DNA of 18,485 nucleotides from a virus (Duplodnaviria; Heunggongvirae; Uroviricota; Caudoviricetes): IMG/VR virus record IMGVR_UViG_2540341028_000007; one strand, 5' to 3'. Shown piece by piece: positions 17,566 to 18,485 of this stretch (position 1 is its first letter; each line of letters starts with the position of its first letter). The notes under the pieces were generated by a model. It saw only the letters and a program-made list of their open reading frames with translations, ran no database searches and was not told where the DNA came from. The position numbers and the translations under genes were made by a program.

Positions 17566-18190
17566 GTTCTTCGGTATTCATGGCGCGCTGGCGCTGACCG
17601 CACTGGACAACGGCATTATGACGCTGTGGGCGCTGGAAAATATCGCGACCTATCAGCAATATGGTTCCGTCGAAGCGGCGCTGGCAGCCGGTAAGACCTT
17701 CCATATCTGGGCCAAGCCGATGCTGGACTCCTTTATTTTCCTTGGGGGCAGTGGTGCGACTTTAGGCCTGATCCTGGCTATCTTTATCGCCTCTCGCCGT
17801 GCTGATTATCGTCAGGTGGCAAAACTGGCGCTGCCGTCCGGCATCTTCCAGATTAACGAACCGATTCTGTTTGGTCTGCCAATTATCATGAACCCGGTGA
17901 TGTTTATCCCGTTTGTACTGGTACAACCGATTCTGGCGGCAATCACCCTCGCAGCGTACTACATGGGCATTATTCCTCCGGTGACCAATATTGCACCGTG
18001 GACCATGCCAACCGGTCTGGGAGCCTTCTTTAACACCAACGGTAGCGTCGCTGCATTGCTGGTCGCACTCTTCAACCTTGGTATCGCAACGTTAATTTAT
18101 CTGCCCTTTGTTGTGGTGGCTAACAAAGCGCAAAACGCGATTGATAAAGAAGAGAGCGAAGAAGATATCGCTAACGCCCTGAAATTTTAA
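17566..18190 (+). pseudogene. chbC: PTS chitobiose/cellobiose-specific EIIC component, 3' fragment (last ~207 codons), 5' part removed at the IS629 junction
   Basis: From 17567 the frame reads [56 protein letters not shown]...[22 protein letters not shown], which I recognise as the ChbC C-terminal half. The junction falls inside a codon (g at 17566 would complete a Trp codon). ORF-track entry 17381-18190 starts inside the IS and is not the native start. Confidence 0.85.
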
Positions 18191-18240
18191 TCGATGCCGG
18201 TACGGTTAATCGTGCCGGTAAGAAGAGAGAGGAACGATGT

Positions 18241-18485
18241 ATGATGGATCTCGATAACATTCCCGATACGCAAACAGAAGCTGAAGAGCTGGAAGAAGTG
18301 GTGATGGGGCTTATCATCAACTCCGGACAAGCGCGCAGCCTGGCGTATGCGGCACTGAAACAGGCGAAGCAGGGCGATTTTGCCGCAGCAAAAGCCATGA
18401 TGGATCAGTCACGGATGGCATTGAATGAAGCGCATCTGGTACAGACGAAACTGATTGAAGGCGATGCGGGCGAAGGTAAGATGAA
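18241..18485 (+). CDS. chbA: PTS chitobiose-specific EIIA component, 5' portion (continues beyond the window)
   Basis: ATG at 18241 preceded by gagagaggaa; translation MMDLDNIPDTQTEAEELEEVVMGLIINSGQARSLAYAALKQAKQGDFAAAKAMMDQSRMALNEAHLVQTKLIEGDAGEGKM matches ChbA as I recall it. Sits 50 nt downstream of the chbC stop, as in the chb operon. Confidence 0.85.
   Translation, partial: MMDLDNIPDTQTEAEELEEVVMGLIINSGQARSLAYAALKQAKQGDFAAAKAMMDQSRMALNEAHLVQTKLIEGDAGEGKM

Noticed and set aside
1-18485. CRISPR arrays, tRNA or rRNA genes
   Set aside because: No regularly spaced short direct repeats and no cloverleaf-like or rRNA-like sequence recognised by eye. The only long repeats are the two IS629 copies. 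A tRNA scan would be needed to be certain, especially in 2605-2883.

Overview
This window looks like an Escherichia/Shigella-type chromosomal segment dominated by a decayed prophage bracketed by two inverted IS629-type elements. All family assignments are from reading the translations and from memory; no database search was run. Left to right: (1) a partial IS629/IS1203-type IS3-family element (1-636, minus orientation; the window starts inside orfB); (2) a 5'-truncated IS630-family transposase remnant with one in-frame TAG (637-1242); (3) a ~1.6 kb AT-rich island (roughly 30% GC by eye, against roughly 55% in the phage genes) carrying one intact acyltransferase-3 family membrane protein gene (1456-2604, +) followed by a hairpin terminator; (4) a ~13.4 kb co-linear minus-strand phage morphogenesis block (2884-16255) in which an HK97-type head-completion module is joined to a Mu-like contractile-tail module. 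The tail sheath gene carries a single in-frame amber codon and the capsid gene is cut by IS629, so the prophage is defective; (5) a complete 1310-bp IS629 copy (16256-17565, +) with no target-site duplication, joining the capsid remnant to a 5'-truncated chbC; (6) the start of chbA. No rRNA, tRNA or CRISPR array was recognised. I do not see a clear multi-gene novel system; the best candidate for interesting cargo is the AT-rich acyltransferase moron.
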